Of a stretch of 64,000 bases of DNA, positions 61,893 through 64,000 are shown in pieces. The notes beneath the pieces were generated by a model. The model did not search any database and was not told where the DNA came from. It worked only from the letters and a program-made list of their open reading frames with translations. The position numbers and the translations under genes are program-made. The DNA is taken from positions 1-64,000 of the forward strand of contig RHPI01003244.1 in NCBI GenBank assembly GCA_009103225.1. The letters run 5' to 3'. This DNA is from Chlorokybus atmophyticus. Its lineage: Eukaryota; Plantae; Mesostigma and Chlorokybus algae. The stretch's first letter is position 1. Each line of letters begins with the position of its first letter.

Positions 61893-63522
61893 ATGAAGTT
61901 CGCCACCGATATGGTGGCCTCCGTGCAGTCGATGCACAAGCGCCAGGCACTCATGCAAGGCATCAACCTAGGTGCGTGTTGTCCTCAACCCTTGAAGCAA
62001 CTGCTGCTACTCTTCCACTCCTGGCATGGTGGATCAGTGTCGTCGTGGTGCAGGTCTGATCGTGACCTCGGCGCTGGTTATCTGGAAGTTTCTTATGTGC
62101 GTGACTGGCAGCGAGTCGCCCGTCGTCGTCGTCCTGTCAGGAAGCATGGAGCCAGCATTCTTCAGGGTGGGTTTTCAACTCTCTCTCGCTGCCGCTCAGA
62201 GTTCGGAATGGTGTCGTGTTTGATCTGAACACACAGAGACAGAGGCGTAAGCAGAGCGAGCAAGCGAGCATTGGCATTGGGTGTGGATACAGTGTTGTTG
62301 TTATGAGAGATGATGGGTTGGCGTTGCAGTGCGAGGTCGTAAGCGCGCACGCAACAAACTTGTTTTGTATGTATGCACAATCGTGCGCACGCAACAAACC
62401 TGCTATGCATATTGCGATTCACAGATTGCAAACATGAATTTCAGTTGGTTTGTGTGCTGCATTCGTCCACGGTGTGTGGCCGGTTGCGCTATGAGTAGCA
62501 TTGTGTTTATTCAATTTCAACCATTGCAGGGAGACATTCTGTTTCTTCACATGGGTAAAGCGCCTATCCGCGCTGGCGAGATCGTTGTGTTCAACATTAA
62601 GGTGCGGGCATTAAGCATTTGCATGATCACAGCTCTATTTTTGTTGATAGATACGTTGTAGAGGGGCGAAAGTGCCCACCATGTTCAAACATGATGATTT
62701 CAGGTTGTGTGCACAACATGAGAGCTTGTAGCATTTGATGAGGATGATTTTGTTCATCATCTGGCTGGTTTGGTACGTTAATCAGAAAACATTCATGTAC
62801 TCATGGTTACACGCAGGGAAGGGACATTCCGATTGTGCACCGCGTTATCAAGGTATGTGCTTTGCAATGCTGTGCACTTTGTGTGGTTGGGTGTGGCTCT
62901 CGCATGACTTGCAATTGTTGTTAAAATGAAGTGTGCTTGTGCGACAGGTGCATGAGCGTGCCGATAGTGGCGCTGTTGACTTGTTGACCAAAGGTACACG
63001 GCATTGCGTGGTGATGCTTATTGTGTGGCGCCGCTTTGCAACGAGTTACATGCACACGCCCTGATTGCGCAGGCGACAGCAACTTTCATGATGACCGTAG
63101 CTTGTATGCATATGGCCAAAGTTGGCTGCACCGCGAACACATTATGGGCCGTGCTGTCGGGTAGGTATATGGCAACCCTCTGTGCTTAAATGCATGTGGT
63201 TCTGCCGCATTGTAATATTGGTAATTATTGTCGCAACTATCATGCTATTCCCGCTGCTTGTTTCATTGTTCGTGCATGCAGGTATGTGCCATACGTGGGA
63301 ATGGTGACCATCATTATGAACGACTACCCTATGGTCAAGGTAGGGTCAATTGGCCATGTGTGGCGCCGTCGTTCTATCTCACAGCGATGCCCAATGCTTA
63401 CCCGTGTCTTGTGATCAAAGCACTGGTGGCCTTGCACGTGAAGCTGATACATGGTGTTGTGCCTTGAGCAGTATGTCCTCATTGGTATCCTGGGCATCCT
63501 AGTGGTGACAAGTAAAGACTGA
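61893..63522 (+). CDS. SEC11: Signal peptidase complex catalytic subunit SEC11, multi-exon
   Basis: [89 protein letters not shown]. Confidence 0.96.
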
Positions 63523-64000
63523 GAAGATTGCCAGATGCGCTTGCACGACTTCAAGGTGTTGGATGCCCATATGGCCACTGCTAGCGAAGTGGTTGACATC
63601 TCGCTGCTGAGGTCCATATGTGAATGAATGAGATGCTGCACTGGTTGATGTGTGCCACATCAGTGGGCGTCTGCTGTGCAATGGCGCGCGTGTCAACCTG
63701 GTGGTATTCTGGACAGTGTCAATATTGCATAGCAGCACAGGGAGGGCAAAGCTCTGGGACCGTTGGAGGTGTGAACCCCACCCCCAATTCTCCTGACAAT
63801 ATCACTAACACTGTCATGAGTCTCCACAACTTGCTGGCAATAGACAGTGGTTCAAACTGTCTATCTGCACAAGGCATAGCGGTAACTGCGTTACGCTGCA
63901 TGTGAGTCATGCCAGCAATGCAGCTTGCACGTGCAACCATGCAGCTCCTTTGACACTGCAATTTGCAACATATACACCCCACATTCTGTGTACATGATGT

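Overview
Eukaryotic nuclear DNA with spliceosomal introns, probably from a green alga. An early-diverging streptophyte is my inference from plant-type proteins. The left ~38 kb is a nest of transposable elements around one tRNA-Leu(CAG) gene. It holds a gag ORF running off the window, a 5'-truncated CRE-type non-LTR element, a decayed and a near-intact chromodomain Ty3/gypsy element, two ~0.5 kb TRIM families, and an intron-containing DD35D pogo/Fot1 transposon. About 6.5 kb (24.0-30.6 kb vs 30.9-37.1 kb) occurs twice across a single-N join and is probably an assembly overlap. The right ~26 kb carries host genes: a P2B Ca2+-ATPase, a GDSL esterase fused to an unrecognised ~400 aa domain, a plant-type protein with eIF4B-like motifs, RPA49, a HIT-family protein and SEC11. 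Most interesting: (1) both TRIM families build a tRNA-like Pol III promoter across the LTR/PBS junction, with the A-box in the LTR and the B-box just after the PBS; (2) in the young gypsy element, gag and pol are in frame and separated by one UAG, followed by a degenerate methyltransferase-like domain before the protease; (3) the 5' LTR of that element is a tandem LTR-PPT-LTR array; (4) GC-AG introns are unusually frequent. All alignments and folds were done by eye.
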